Source: Candidatus Sericytochromatia bacterium (GTDB lineage: Bacteria; Cyanobacteriota; Sericytochromatia; S15B-MN24; JAQBPE01). Taken from it: a DNA stretch of 64,000 bases. The DNA lies in NCBI GenBank assembly GCA_035285125.1, contig JAYKHR010000066.1, forward strand, positions 96,001 to 160,000, given 5' to 3'. The notes under the pieces are model-generated. The model saw nothing but the letters and a program-made list of their open reading frames with translations. It was not told where the DNA came from and did not search any database. Positions 9,971-18,338 of this stretch are shown here, one piece after another. The position numbers and the translations under genes were made by a program. Every line of letters starts with the position of its first letter. The stretch's first letter is position 1.

Positions 9971-11845
9971 TCAGGGTGCCAGCCGAGCGCCTCCGAGCAC
10001 CCGACGCCGCCACAGTTCCACCGTGGCAAGGGCACAGAGCGCGGACGCCACGTCGGCCTTGCCAGCCATGTGCAGCTCGACCAGGGCGCGCACACCGGCA
10101 GGATCGAACAGCCCGCCCTCTGCCGCCTCGGCGCTCAGCAGGACGCCCTCGCACCAGGCCCGGCCAACGGTTCGCAGCTGGCGCTGGGGATCGGCGAAGC
10201 TCTGCACCCGGCCCCCCCCCACCTGGGCCAGCCGCCGGCGCAAGAGGGCCCAGGCGCGCGCGCCACGCCCTGCCGTCAGCGGCACGCCGGATCCCGTGCA
10301 GGGCACGGCAGCCAGATCCGGCGCCAGCGCCCGGATCACGCGGGCCTGCAGGGTGCGCCGCTCGGCGTGAGGCAGCGACAGCACCAGGGCCAGCAGGTCT
10401 GGATCATCCAGGGGACGCCGCACCTCGTGGGTGGACTGGGCAATCTTGAGCCCCCAGGTGGAGAACCTCCGCTGGCGGTGCTCCAGGTTGTACACCGTGA
10501 GTCGGTCGGCGAGCGAGCTGCCCTCGCAACGGGCGAGATGTCCGGCCACCGAGGCCGGCACCCACGCGGCCATCTGCTCCCACGCCCCGCGCGAGAGCAC
10601 GGCCCGGGCCAGGTGCGGTGGGAGCACGTTCCAGGTGCGTTCGAGCACCCGCGCCTGCAGCCCTGCCTCCCCCTCGGGGGGATCCAGGGGACGCCGGCCC
10701 GTCAGCAGGTGGCGCAACACGACGGCGGGGAGCCCCAGGCGCCCCTGTCGCTTCAGCGCCAGCACGTTCTCGGCGAACTCACCCCGGGAGAACTCGGACG
10801 TGATACCGACCAGGACGATCGGAGCCACCTGGGCCACCTCCTCGAGCCCATCCGCGTCGTGGGCGTGGAACAGGCTGACCATGCCCTCCCCGAGCTGAAG
10901 CATCTGGTCGACGTGGCGGACGAGGTAGTCCGGTGCGAGGGGCAGCACCTGCAAGGAGGTTTCCCTCGCCCGGGCCAGCCGCCGGGCGAGGCCCACGTCG
11001 TCACTGTCGGGCTCTCCGAAGGTGAACAGGGGCGGCGTGTCGGCCAAACTAGCCAGCACGGTGCGGGAGTCCAGGCCGCCGCTCAGCCCCAGCCCCACGG
11101 GCCCGATGGCACATCGAGCCGACGCCCGCCTGTAAGCCAGGGCAGCGGCCTCGACAGGGTCACCGGGCGGAGGCGCCACCCGAAACCTCGGCCGCCACCA
11201 CGTGTGCCAACGGGCGCCCGCTGGGCCGAGGATCAGCACCGTCCCGGGCGGAAAGATGCGCACGGCCTCGAGCAAGGTGCGATCCCCGAGGGGGTGCTCG
11301 AAGGCCAGAAACTCGGACAACCCGCCCAGGTCTGCCCGCACCGCGCCGGTCAACCCGGCGGCCACCCCTGCCACCTCGGGGGACAGGAGCAGCCGGTCAC
11401 CCTCGAGGCTGTAGGCGTGAGGCAAGGTGCCCGTGCGGTCTCCCCCCACCGCGAGCGTGCCCGTGTCCTCGTCCCAGATCGCGAAGAAGAAGCTGCCCAC
11501 GAACCTGGCAGCCGCCTGCCATCCGCAGGCCGCCCAGGCGGCGAGCAGGGCATCGATGCCGCCAGCGGCGGGGCCGTGCTCGCTGCCGGCGGCCGGGAGC
11601 GTCAGGTCGAGGATTTCACCTGCCAGCAACCCAGTCAAGCCGTGGTGGCGCCCCACGGCCACGGGCCCACTTGCCTGCGGCAGCAGCCCGAGATCGATTC
11701 GCCCGGCCACCACGCGACCGGGCTCGAAGACGCGCCGAACGACCCTTTGGGCCGTTCGCGTGCGGCTCGCTGCGAGCATCTGCTCGAAGCGCTGGGTCAG
11801 GTCGAGCCGCCCGCTGCCTTCCGACGCCACCACGATGCCTGGCAC
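9971..11845 (-). CDS. Asparagine synthase-like ATP pyrophosphatase lacking the N-terminal Cys
   Basis: GSFFFAIWD, DRTG..P, LSGGLDS PP-loop, EVRRPLDD; starts MPGI rather than MCGI. Confidence 0.8.
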   Translation of the reverse strand: MPGIVVASEGSGRLDLTQRFEQMLAASRTRTAQRVVRRVFEPGRVVAGRIDLGLLPQASGPVAVGRHHGLTGLLAGEILDLTLPAAGSEHGPAAGGIDALLAAWAACGWQAAARFVGSFFFAIWDEDTGTLAVGGDRTGTLPHAYSLEGDRLLLSPEVAGVAAGLTGAVRADLGGLSEFLAFEHPLGDRTLLEAVRIFPPGTVLILGPAGARWHTWWRPRFRVAPPPGDPVEAAALAYRRASARCAIGPVGLGLSGGLDSRTVLASLADTPPLFTFGEPDSDDVGLARRLARARETSLQVLPLAPDYLVRHVDQMLQLGEGMVSLFHAHDADGLEEVAQVAPIVLVGITSEFSRGEFAENVLALKRQGRLGLPAVVLRHLLTGRRPLDPPEGEAGLQARVLERTWNVLPPHLARAVLSRGAWEQMAAWVPASVAGHLARCEGSSLADRLTVYNLEHRQRRFSTWGLKIAQSTHEVRRPLDDPDLLALVLSLPHAERRTLQARVIRALAPDLAAVPCTGSGVPLTAGRGARAWALLRRRLAQVGGGRVQSFADPQRQLRTVGRAWCEGVLLSAEAAEGGLFDPAGVRALVELHMAGKADVASALCALATVELWRRRVLGGARLAP

Positions 11846-11928
11846 CCCGCCCCCCTCTCTGTCTCGAAGGTCAGGGTGCCAGTGGCGCGCGCGGTCGGCA
11901 TCGGCCGGCCAGCCAGAAAGGTTTGGCG

Positions 11929-12336
11929 TCAGGCCCCGGCGCGGGGCACGAAGCGGAACGCCGCGGAGTTGGTGCAGTAGCGCAGACCCGTCGGCGGTGG
12001 GCCGTCCGGGAAGACGTGACCCAGGTGGCCATCACACTGTGCGCAAACGATCTCGGTGCGAACCATGCCGTGGCTGCGATCGACGTGGGTCTCGATCGCC
12101 TCAGGCGACGCCGGCAGGAAGAAGCTCGGCCAGCCGGTGCCAGAGTCATACTTCGTGTCGGACACGAACAGCAGCGCGTCGCAGCCAGCGCACCGGTAGT
12201 CACCAGGCGCCTTGTTGTCCCAGTATGATCCGGTCAGGGCGCACTCGGTGCCCTTCTCGCGAAGGATGCGGTGCTGCTCGGGCGTGAGCCGCGCACGCCA
12301 CTCGGCGTCGGTGAGCTGGAGCTTGGTCGTCGTCAT
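11929..12336 (-). CDS. msrB: Peptide-methionine (R)-S-oxide reductase
   Basis: [36 protein letters not shown]; two CxxC Zn motifs. Confidence 0.95.
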   Translation of the reverse strand: MTTTKLQLTDAEWRARLTPEQHRILREKGTECALTGSYWDNKAPGDYRCAGCDALLFVSDTKYDSGTGWPSFFLPASPEAIETHVDRSHGMVRTEIVCAQCDGHLGHVFPDGPPPTGLRYCTNSAAFRFVPRAGA

Positions 12337-12396
12337 CGAAGGTGTCCTCCCAGCGGATCCCCTGCAGGTCCGGCCCCATGATGCCACAACCGGGGA

Positions 12397-14673
12397 TCAG
12401 CCGCCGATGGTGGGGTCTGTCACGGGAGGGCGCCGCTGCCCGGGCCACCAGTTCCAATCGCCCAGCAGCGCCATCGCGGCGGGCAAGAGGATCATCCGCA
12501 CCAGGGTGGCGTCCACCGCGACGGCGACGGCGAGGCCGAGCCCGAGCATCTGCACCACGGCGAAGTCCGCAGCCGAGAAGGCGCCGAAGACACAGACCAT
12601 CACGGCCGCAGCGCTGGTCACCAGCCCCGCCGTGGCCGAAACCCCCTCGACGGTCGCAGCCTCGCTCGTCGCCCCACGGTCCCAGGCCTCCTTGATGCGC
12701 GTCAGCAGAAAGACCTCGTAGTCCATCGACAGCCCGAACACGATGCAGAACAGGCTCAGCGCCACCGTGAGCGGGACATGGTCCAGCGGATGCGCGTGGC
12801 CAAGCCACGCAATGCCCCAGCCGAACTGGAACACGGCGACCACCGCCCCGAGGCCGGCCCCCACCGAGAGCAGGTTCAGCACGACGGCCTTGAGCGGCAC
12901 GAGCACCGACCTGTAGGCGACGCCCAGGGCCAGGCACGTGGCCGTCACCACGAAGGCGACGACGCGAGGCAAGGTCTGATCGAGGACCACGTCGAAGTCG
13001 TTGAAGTACGCGGCCTGCCCGCCGACGAGCACGTCGAAGCCCGGAGGGGGCCTGCGACTGAGGTCGGCGGCCATCGCCCGGCTCTCCTCGAAGGTGAGAT
13101 CGTTCCGCAGCAACACCTGGAACAACGCGGCCCGACCGTCCTCGCTGAAGAACAGCTCCCTGACAAGCGGCACGGTGCGTTCGGCGACCGCGGGCCGGGC
13201 ATAAAACATGGTCAGGACGCCCGCCGGCACCGGGGGATCGAGATCCACGGGGCTCAGCACGGCAGCCACCCTCGCGTCGGCGTGAAGCGCCTGCGAGTAA
13301 GCCAACAGCGTCGGCACCTGGGTGGCGCTGAGGGCCCCAGCCTGGCCCTCCCGCGCCCGCAACACGAGATCGATGGGGGCCACCAGGCCGGCTTGCCCCA
13401 TGGCCGTCAGGGCGTCCAGGCCCTGGACATAGGGCATGGCTTGGGGCATCCAGCGCCCGGTGGGGTAGCCGGTGCGAATGGCCGCCAGCGGGGCGATCAG
13501 CAGTAGCAACAACCCCACCGCCGCCGCCCCGAGCCGCCAGGGGTGGCGGCTGACGAGTTGCGCCCAGGCCACCCACCGGGCCAGCCGGGCCTCGCGGCGT
13601 TGTGCCAGCACGGCCCACGACGCCGTCAACCGGGGCCCGGCCAGGGTCATCAGGGCGGGGATCAGGGTGAGCGCAAGAGCGACGGACACGCCCGCCACGA
13701 GCAAGCCGCCGACGCCCATCGACCGGCTGTCGAGGACCTCGGTGGTGACGAGCCCCCCGAAGCCGATCACGACGGTGAGACCGGAGATGACGACGGCCCG
13801 TCCTGCCGTTGCGACCGTCTCCACCACCGCGGCCTCGACCCCGCGGCCCCGGCGGAGCGCCTCCCGAAAGCGCGTCACCATCAGCAGGGCGTAGTCGATG
13901 CCCAGTGCCAACCCCAGCATCGACGCCACGCTCTGGGTGTAGGTGGAGAGCGCCGTGAGCTGCGCCAGCACCACCAGCAACCCGGAGGCCACAACGATCG
14001 CCACGGTCCCCACGGCCAGGGGCAGCGCGGCAGCCAGCAGGGAGCCGAAGGCAAGCACCAGCACCACCGCAGTGAGCGGCAGGCTCCGGGCCTCCGCCCG
14101 GGCCGAGTCCACCGTGCTGAAGGCGTTGATGTCGTGCGTCAAGGCCGGACGCCCCGTCACGTGCCAGACGATGCCCGCGCCGGGAGCCTTGGTCGCAAGG
14201 GTCTCCGCCACCATCGCTCGGAGGGGAGCCACCACCTGCTCGGCGGAGGCCAGGTCCCTGGCGCTCAGGCCGAGCAGCAGGATGCAGCCCTGCGGATCGC
14301 GGGACCGGAACGCCCTGCTGCCGGGATCGCCGGGGGCCAGGACCCTGGCAACGGCCGGATGGCCGCGCAGCCGGCTTGCCAGTTCGGCGACCACCGCCCG
14401 CATCTCGGGTCCGTCCGCGCGCTCGCGCGGGTGGCGCAGCGTCAGCGCCAGGCCCAGCGTGTAGGGGTTTCGGAACTGGGCCTGCACGGCCTGTTCAGCC
14501 GCCGCCGAGGCTGTGCCGCGCAGGCTGCCCGTGCCGCTCTGCAGCAGCGTGGGGAGCTTGCCAGCAACCGAACCGGCCCCCACGAAGACCGCCAGCCAGG
14601 CGACCAGCACCGCCCAGCGCCAACGCACCATCAGCCGGCCCCAGGCAGCCAACAGGTGAGAGAACGCAGCCAA
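12397..14673 (-). CDS. MMPL/RND-family transporter
   Basis: LGLALGIDYALLMVTRFREAL and FGLSMDYEVFLLTRIKE motifs, two TM bundles; TTG start at 14673 after GGAGG. Confidence 0.9.
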   Translation of the reverse strand: MAAFSHLLAAWGRLMVRWRWAVLVAWLAVFVGAGSVAGKLPTLLQSGTGSLRGTASAAAEQAVQAQFRNPYTLGLALTLRHPRERADGPEMRAVVAELASRLRGHPAVARVLAPGDPGSRAFRSRDPQGCILLLGLSARDLASAEQVVAPLRAMVAETLATKAPGAGIVWHVTGRPALTHDINAFSTVDSARAEARSLPLTAVVLVLAFGSLLAAALPLAVGTVAIVVASGLLVVLAQLTALSTYTQSVASMLGLALGIDYALLMVTRFREALRRGRGVEAAVVETVATAGRAVVISGLTVVIGFGGLVTTEVLDSRSMGVGGLLVAGVSVALALTLIPALMTLAGPRLTASWAVLAQRREARLARWVAWAQLVSRHPWRLGAAAVGLLLLLIAPLAAIRTGYPTGRWMPQAMPYVQGLDALTAMGQAGLVAPIDLVLRAREGQAGALSATQVPTLLAYSQALHADARVAAVLSPVDLDPPVPAGVLTMFYARPAVAERTVPLVRELFFSEDGRAALFQVLLRNDLTFEESRAMAADLSRRPPPGFDVLVGGQAAYFNDFDVVLDQTLPRVVAFVVTATCLALGVAYRSVLVPLKAVVLNLLSVGAGLGAVVAVFQFGWGIAWLGHAHPLDHVPLTVALSLFCIVFGLSMDYEVFLLTRIKEAWDRGATSEAATVEGVSATAGLVTSAAAVMVCVFGAFSAADFAVVQMLGLGLAVAVAVDATLVRMILLPAAMALLGDWNWWPGQRRPPVTDPTIGG

Positions 14674-14699
14674 GCCTGAACCTCCAAACAAGGGGAGGG

Positions 14700-14708
14700 T
14701 GCTATGAT
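14700..14708 (+). promoter_or_regulatory. Extended -10 element (TGcTATGAT) in the divergent intergenic region upstream of the biosynthetic operon
   Basis: TGCTATGAT about 47 nt upstream of ATG 14756. Confidence 0.4.
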
Positions 14709-14755
14709 GACGGCACGCCCCGGCGCGCGTCCAGCCGCCGCTGGGGACGAGAGCC

Positions 14756-15802
14756 ATGACGCCCACCCCACACGCTCCCAGCCCCGACCTGCGCTGGCTT
14801 CCGCTCTCATCTGAGGGCGTTGAGGCCGCTTTCGCCATCGACCCGACCCCCTGGCCTCTGCCCCTGGGCGAGGTCGCCCGCTGGGGTGGTGAGGCCAGCC
14901 CCTTCCTGGGGCAGGGGCCCGCATCGTGGGTGGTGGTGCCGGGGAGAGCCGCCTTGCTGGTGGGTGTCAACCCACGCGCAGCGGGTGGCCCTCTGGGGAT
15001 GTTCGGCTGGTTGCGGCTCGCGCCCGACGTGGCGGGCCCGGAGCGCACGGCCGTGGTGGCAGCCCTGATCGCGGCAGCGCGTGACTTCACGCGCCGCCAC
15101 GGCGCCACCCGGCTGCGAGGCCCGATGACCTTCTCGACCTGGCTGCCCTACCGGGTGCTGGCCGAGGACTCCCCGGCGGGCGAGGCCGGGTTCCCCGGTG
15201 AGGGGGTCGAGCCTGCTGCCAGGAACGCCCTTTACACGGATGCTGGCCTCGTCGTGACCGACCGCTACCTCACCCAGGCTGTGCCCGACGACCCCGATTA
15301 CTGGGAGGTCGAACTGGCTCGCGAGGCTGCGTTGGCGAGCCGCCGGGGCGGGGGCTTGCACGTTCGCGCCGTCGAGGCCGGCGAGGGGCCGACGCTGTTG
15401 CCGCGCATCCACACGTGGCTCAACGCAACGTTCGCCGGGGCGCCCTACTTCACGCCAATAGGACCCGCAGAGCTGGCAGAGCGGATCGTCGGTCGGGCTC
15501 CGGCCGACGTCGAGGCGGTCCACCTGGTGGCCCTGGACGGGACGGGAGACCCTCAAGGGGTGCTGGTGGGGTTCCTGCACGGCGACAGGGGCATCCTCAA
15601 GACCGTCGCCGTCAGCCCTGCGGTGCGTGGCGGCCGGGCTGCGATGGCCCTGACGTTCGGCTTTCATCGCTGGGTGCGGTCGCGGGGCACGACGTGCGCC
15701 TGGCATGCCCAGATGCACGAGGGCGGCATCTCCCGACGGATGAGCGCCAAGCATGCCCGCCCCGTGCGACGTTACGTGCTGTACGGCGATGCCCACCACT
15801 GA
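14756..15802 (+). CDS. GNAT-like acyltransferase-fold protein
   Basis: LRGPMTFSTWLPYR segment; C-terminal KTVAVSPAVRGGRAA resembles GNAT acyl-CoA binding motif A. Confidence 0.6.
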   Translation: MTPTPHAPSPDLRWLPLSSEGVEAAFAIDPTPWPLPLGEVARWGGEASPFLGQGPASWVVVPGRAALLVGVNPRAAGGPLGMFGWLRLAPDVAGPERTAVVAALIAAARDFTRRHGATRLRGPMTFSTWLPYRVLAEDSPAGEAGFPGEGVEPAARNALYTDAGLVVTDRYLTQAVPDDPDYWEVELAREAALASRRGGGLHVRAVEAGEGPTLLPRIHTWLNATFAGAPYFTPIGPAELAERIVGRAPADVEAVHLVALDGTGDPQGVLVGFLHGDRGILKTVAVSPAVRGGRAAMALTFGFHRWVRSRGTTCAWHAQMHEGGISRRMSAKHARPVRRYVLYGDAHH

Positions 15803-18338
15803 CGCCAACATCTACCACGCCACGCTGCTCGGGCCTGCGATCAGGGACGATCGCGTGGCCCTATGGCACCTGCCACCCGGGGCCACCACGGAGGAGGGCC
15901 TCACCTTCGCCGCGCTGCGGCAGGAGGCCGGCCGGGTGGCGGCCTGGCTCCGTGCCCACGGCGTCTCGCCGGGAGACCGGGTGCTGCTCCTGTTGCCGAT
16001 GTCGCCCGCCTTCTACGCGGCGGTGCTGGGCGTTGCCCAGGTGGGAGCCGTCGCCGTGTTCGCCGACCCGGCCGCCGGCCTCTCTCAGCTCGGGACTGCC
16101 GTTCACCAGGCGCGCCCGGGCGCCGTGGTCGGCGTGCGCGGCGCTCGCTGGCTGCGCTGGCTCGTGCCGGCCGTGCGCCGGATTCCCCTGGCGCTTTGGG
16201 TGGAGGCCCACAGGCCCCTCCTGCCCGGCCACCCCGCCGACTTGCGGGTCGAGCCCGTCGAGGCCGACACCCCGGTCGCCATCGTGCACACCACGGGGAG
16301 CACGGGGGCGCCGAAGGCCGTCTTGCGGACCCACGGCTACATCGCCGCGATGTTGCGGGCCCTGGACATGCACCCCTCCAAGCACCGGGAGGCTGTCGAC
16401 ATGCCGCTCTGGCCGATGCTGGCCTTCGATGCGCTGTGCCACGGCCGGAGCTGCGTGCTGCCGGCCCTGCCGGGGGGCCGCCTGGACCGCCTGGAGGCAA
16501 GGACGCTGCTCGCCCAGATCCGGCGGCGCGGCGTCACCTTGCTGGTCGGCCCCCCCGTTGCCATCGAGACGCTCTGCCGCGCCGCGGAGGAGGGGGAAGG
16601 CGTCGGGTCGCTCCGCCACGTGTTCGTGGGAGGGGCGCTGGTGCCACCCGCGCTGCTTTCCCGGGTGCAACGTTTGTTGCCGGAGGGTGAGGCCCTGGCC
16701 GTCTACGGCTCGACGGAGGCCGACCCCGTGGCCGTGCACTCGGCGCGCGAGGCAGAGGGGCTGGCACCGAGGGCCGGTGTCTGTGTGGGGCGCCCCCACC
16801 CGGATCTTCGCGTGAGGCTGGTGGTGCCGACGCCCGGCCCTGTGACGTGGGCAGATTGCCTCGACGTGCCCCCCGGGGACGTCGGCGAGGTGATGGTGGC
16901 GGGCCCGCACGTCAACGTGCACTACCACGATGACCCCGAGAGCCTGGCCGCCTACAAGGTTGTCGATCCCGACGGTGCCACCTGGCACCGGATGGGGGAT
17001 CTCGCTGCGTGCGACGAGGCCGGGCGGCTCTGGCTGCAAGGACGCGTCGCCACGCGCGTGCAGACCGCCGCAGGGGTGCTGGACTCGCTGGACGTGGAGG
17101 CCAGGGCCGTTCAGGTCCCGGGGGTCCGCGCTGCGGCCCTGCTGGGCCGGGCCGGGGAGGCCTGGGTGGTGGTGGAACCGGCTGAGGACGCAGACCTGCA
17201 CGACGTGGAGCAACAGGTGGCAGCCGTGTTGGCGGGGACACCGCCCGTGCGGGTCGTGTTCCACCCAGCCCTTCCCAGGGATGCCCGGCACCACTCCCGG
17301 GTGGACCTGGCAGCGCTGACGGAGGACCTGCCGGACGACCCGCCGCGGCTGCCCCCCCGCGCGGCGCCGCCCCGGCTATGGCAGCGGGCCTATGCCTACC
17401 TGGCCGAGCGCTTCCCTCTGGGCAAGAACGTGCTGGGGGTCGTGCTGATGGTCGGCACGGACGGCCTGGCGACCCTGGCGCTGCTGCAGGCGCCCTTCAC
17501 GGGACAGGTCTGGCAGCGGCTGGGCGTCATGGTGGTGCTGTTCACGCTGCTCTTTTTTCACCTGCGGGTCTTCGACGAGCACAAGGACTGGAAGGTCGAT
17601 CGCATCGCGTTCCCGGAGCGGGTGCTTTCCCGCGGGTGGGTGAGCCTGACCCAACTGCGGGCGGCCGCGTGGCTCGCCGTGGTGCTGGAGCTCGGCATCG
17701 GAGCAGCCACCAGCCCGGCCGTGCTCGGGTGGATGCTGGTGCTGATCGGCTACACGTGGCTGATGCTGCGGGAGTTCTATGTCGGTGAGTGGCTCAACCG
17801 CCACATGGTGCTCTATGGCGTGAGCCACATGGCCATCATCACCCTGATGTCCGTCGCCGTGTACGCGGCGGTGCTGGACGTGGGCTCGGCCTCGGTGTTC
17901 GGGCTCGACCGCACCCTCGGGGGCTGGCTGCCGGGGTGGTTCGCCAGGCTCTGGCACCCGGGGCTGCTTCTCTTTGCCGGCATGAACTTCTGCTTCATCT
18001 ACTCGCTCGAGGTGGCCCGCAAGATCCGCGTGCCTGAGCAGGAGCGGCCTCAGGTGGACACCTACTCCCGCAGGCTCGGGCTGGCCGGCGCCCTGATGCT
18101 GGTGATCGCCACGCAAGCCTTGGGCCTCGTGCTGCTCGGGATCGCGGGGCCGGCGCTGCACGTGCACGCGAGCGTATACTGGCTGGGCGCAGGTGCCCTT
18201 GCGCTCGTGGCAACCGCCTTCGGGCTCTTCGCCCGCAAGCCGCGGGCCGAGATGGCAAAGCGCCTCGAATCGGTCGGCGCGCTGACGGTGCTGCTGGTCA
18301 ACGTGGCACTTCTCATCACTTGGGGGGGAACGCGATGA
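15789..18338 (+). CDS. Fusion: OleC-like AMP-dependent ligase plus UbiA-like polytopic membrane domain
   Basis: TTGSTGAPK, YGSTE, WHRMGD, LPRDARHHSRVD; Pro-rich linker; then RVFDEHKDWKVDR..PERVLSRG and about 8 hydrophobic helices, all in one ORF. Confidence 0.8.
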   Translation: MPTTDANIYHATLLGPAIRDDRVALWHLPPGATTEEGLTFAALRQEAGRVAAWLRAHGVSPGDRVLLLLPMSPAFYAAVLGVAQVGAVAVFADPAAGLSQLGTAVHQARPGAVVGVRGARWLRWLVPAVRRIPLALWVEAHRPLLPGHPADLRVEPVEADTPVAIVHTTGSTGAPKAVLRTHGYIAAMLRALDMHPSKHREAVDMPLWPMLAFDALCHGRSCVLPALPGGRLDRLEARTLLAQIRRRGVTLLVGPPVAIETLCRAAEEGEGVGSLRHVFVGGALVPPALLSRVQRLLPEGEALAVYGSTEADPVAVHSAREAEGLAPRAGVCVGRPHPDLRVRLVVPTPGPVTWADCLDVPPGDVGEVMVAGPHVNVHYHDDPESLAAYKVVDPDGATWHRMGDLAACDEAGRLWLQGRVATRVQTAAGVLDSLDVEARAVQVPGVRAAALLGRAGEAWVVVEPAEDADLHDVEQQVAAVLAGTPPVRVVFHPALPRDARHHSRVDLAALTEDLPDDPPRLPPRAAPPRLWQRAYAYLAERFPLGKNVLGVVLMVGTDGLATLALLQAPFTGQVWQRLGVMVVLFTLLFFHLRVFDEHKDWKVDRIAFPERVLSRGWVSLTQLRAAAWLAVVLELGIGAATSPAVLGWMLVLIGYTWLMLREFYVGEWLNRHMVLYGVSHMAIITLMSVAVYAAVLDVGSASVFGLDRTLGGWLPGWFARLWHPGLLLFAGMNFCFIYSLEVARKIRVPEQERPQVDTYSRRLGLAGALMLVIATQALGLVLLGIAGPALHVHASVYWLGAGALALVATAFGLFARKPRAEMAKRLESVGALTVLLVNVALLITWGGTR

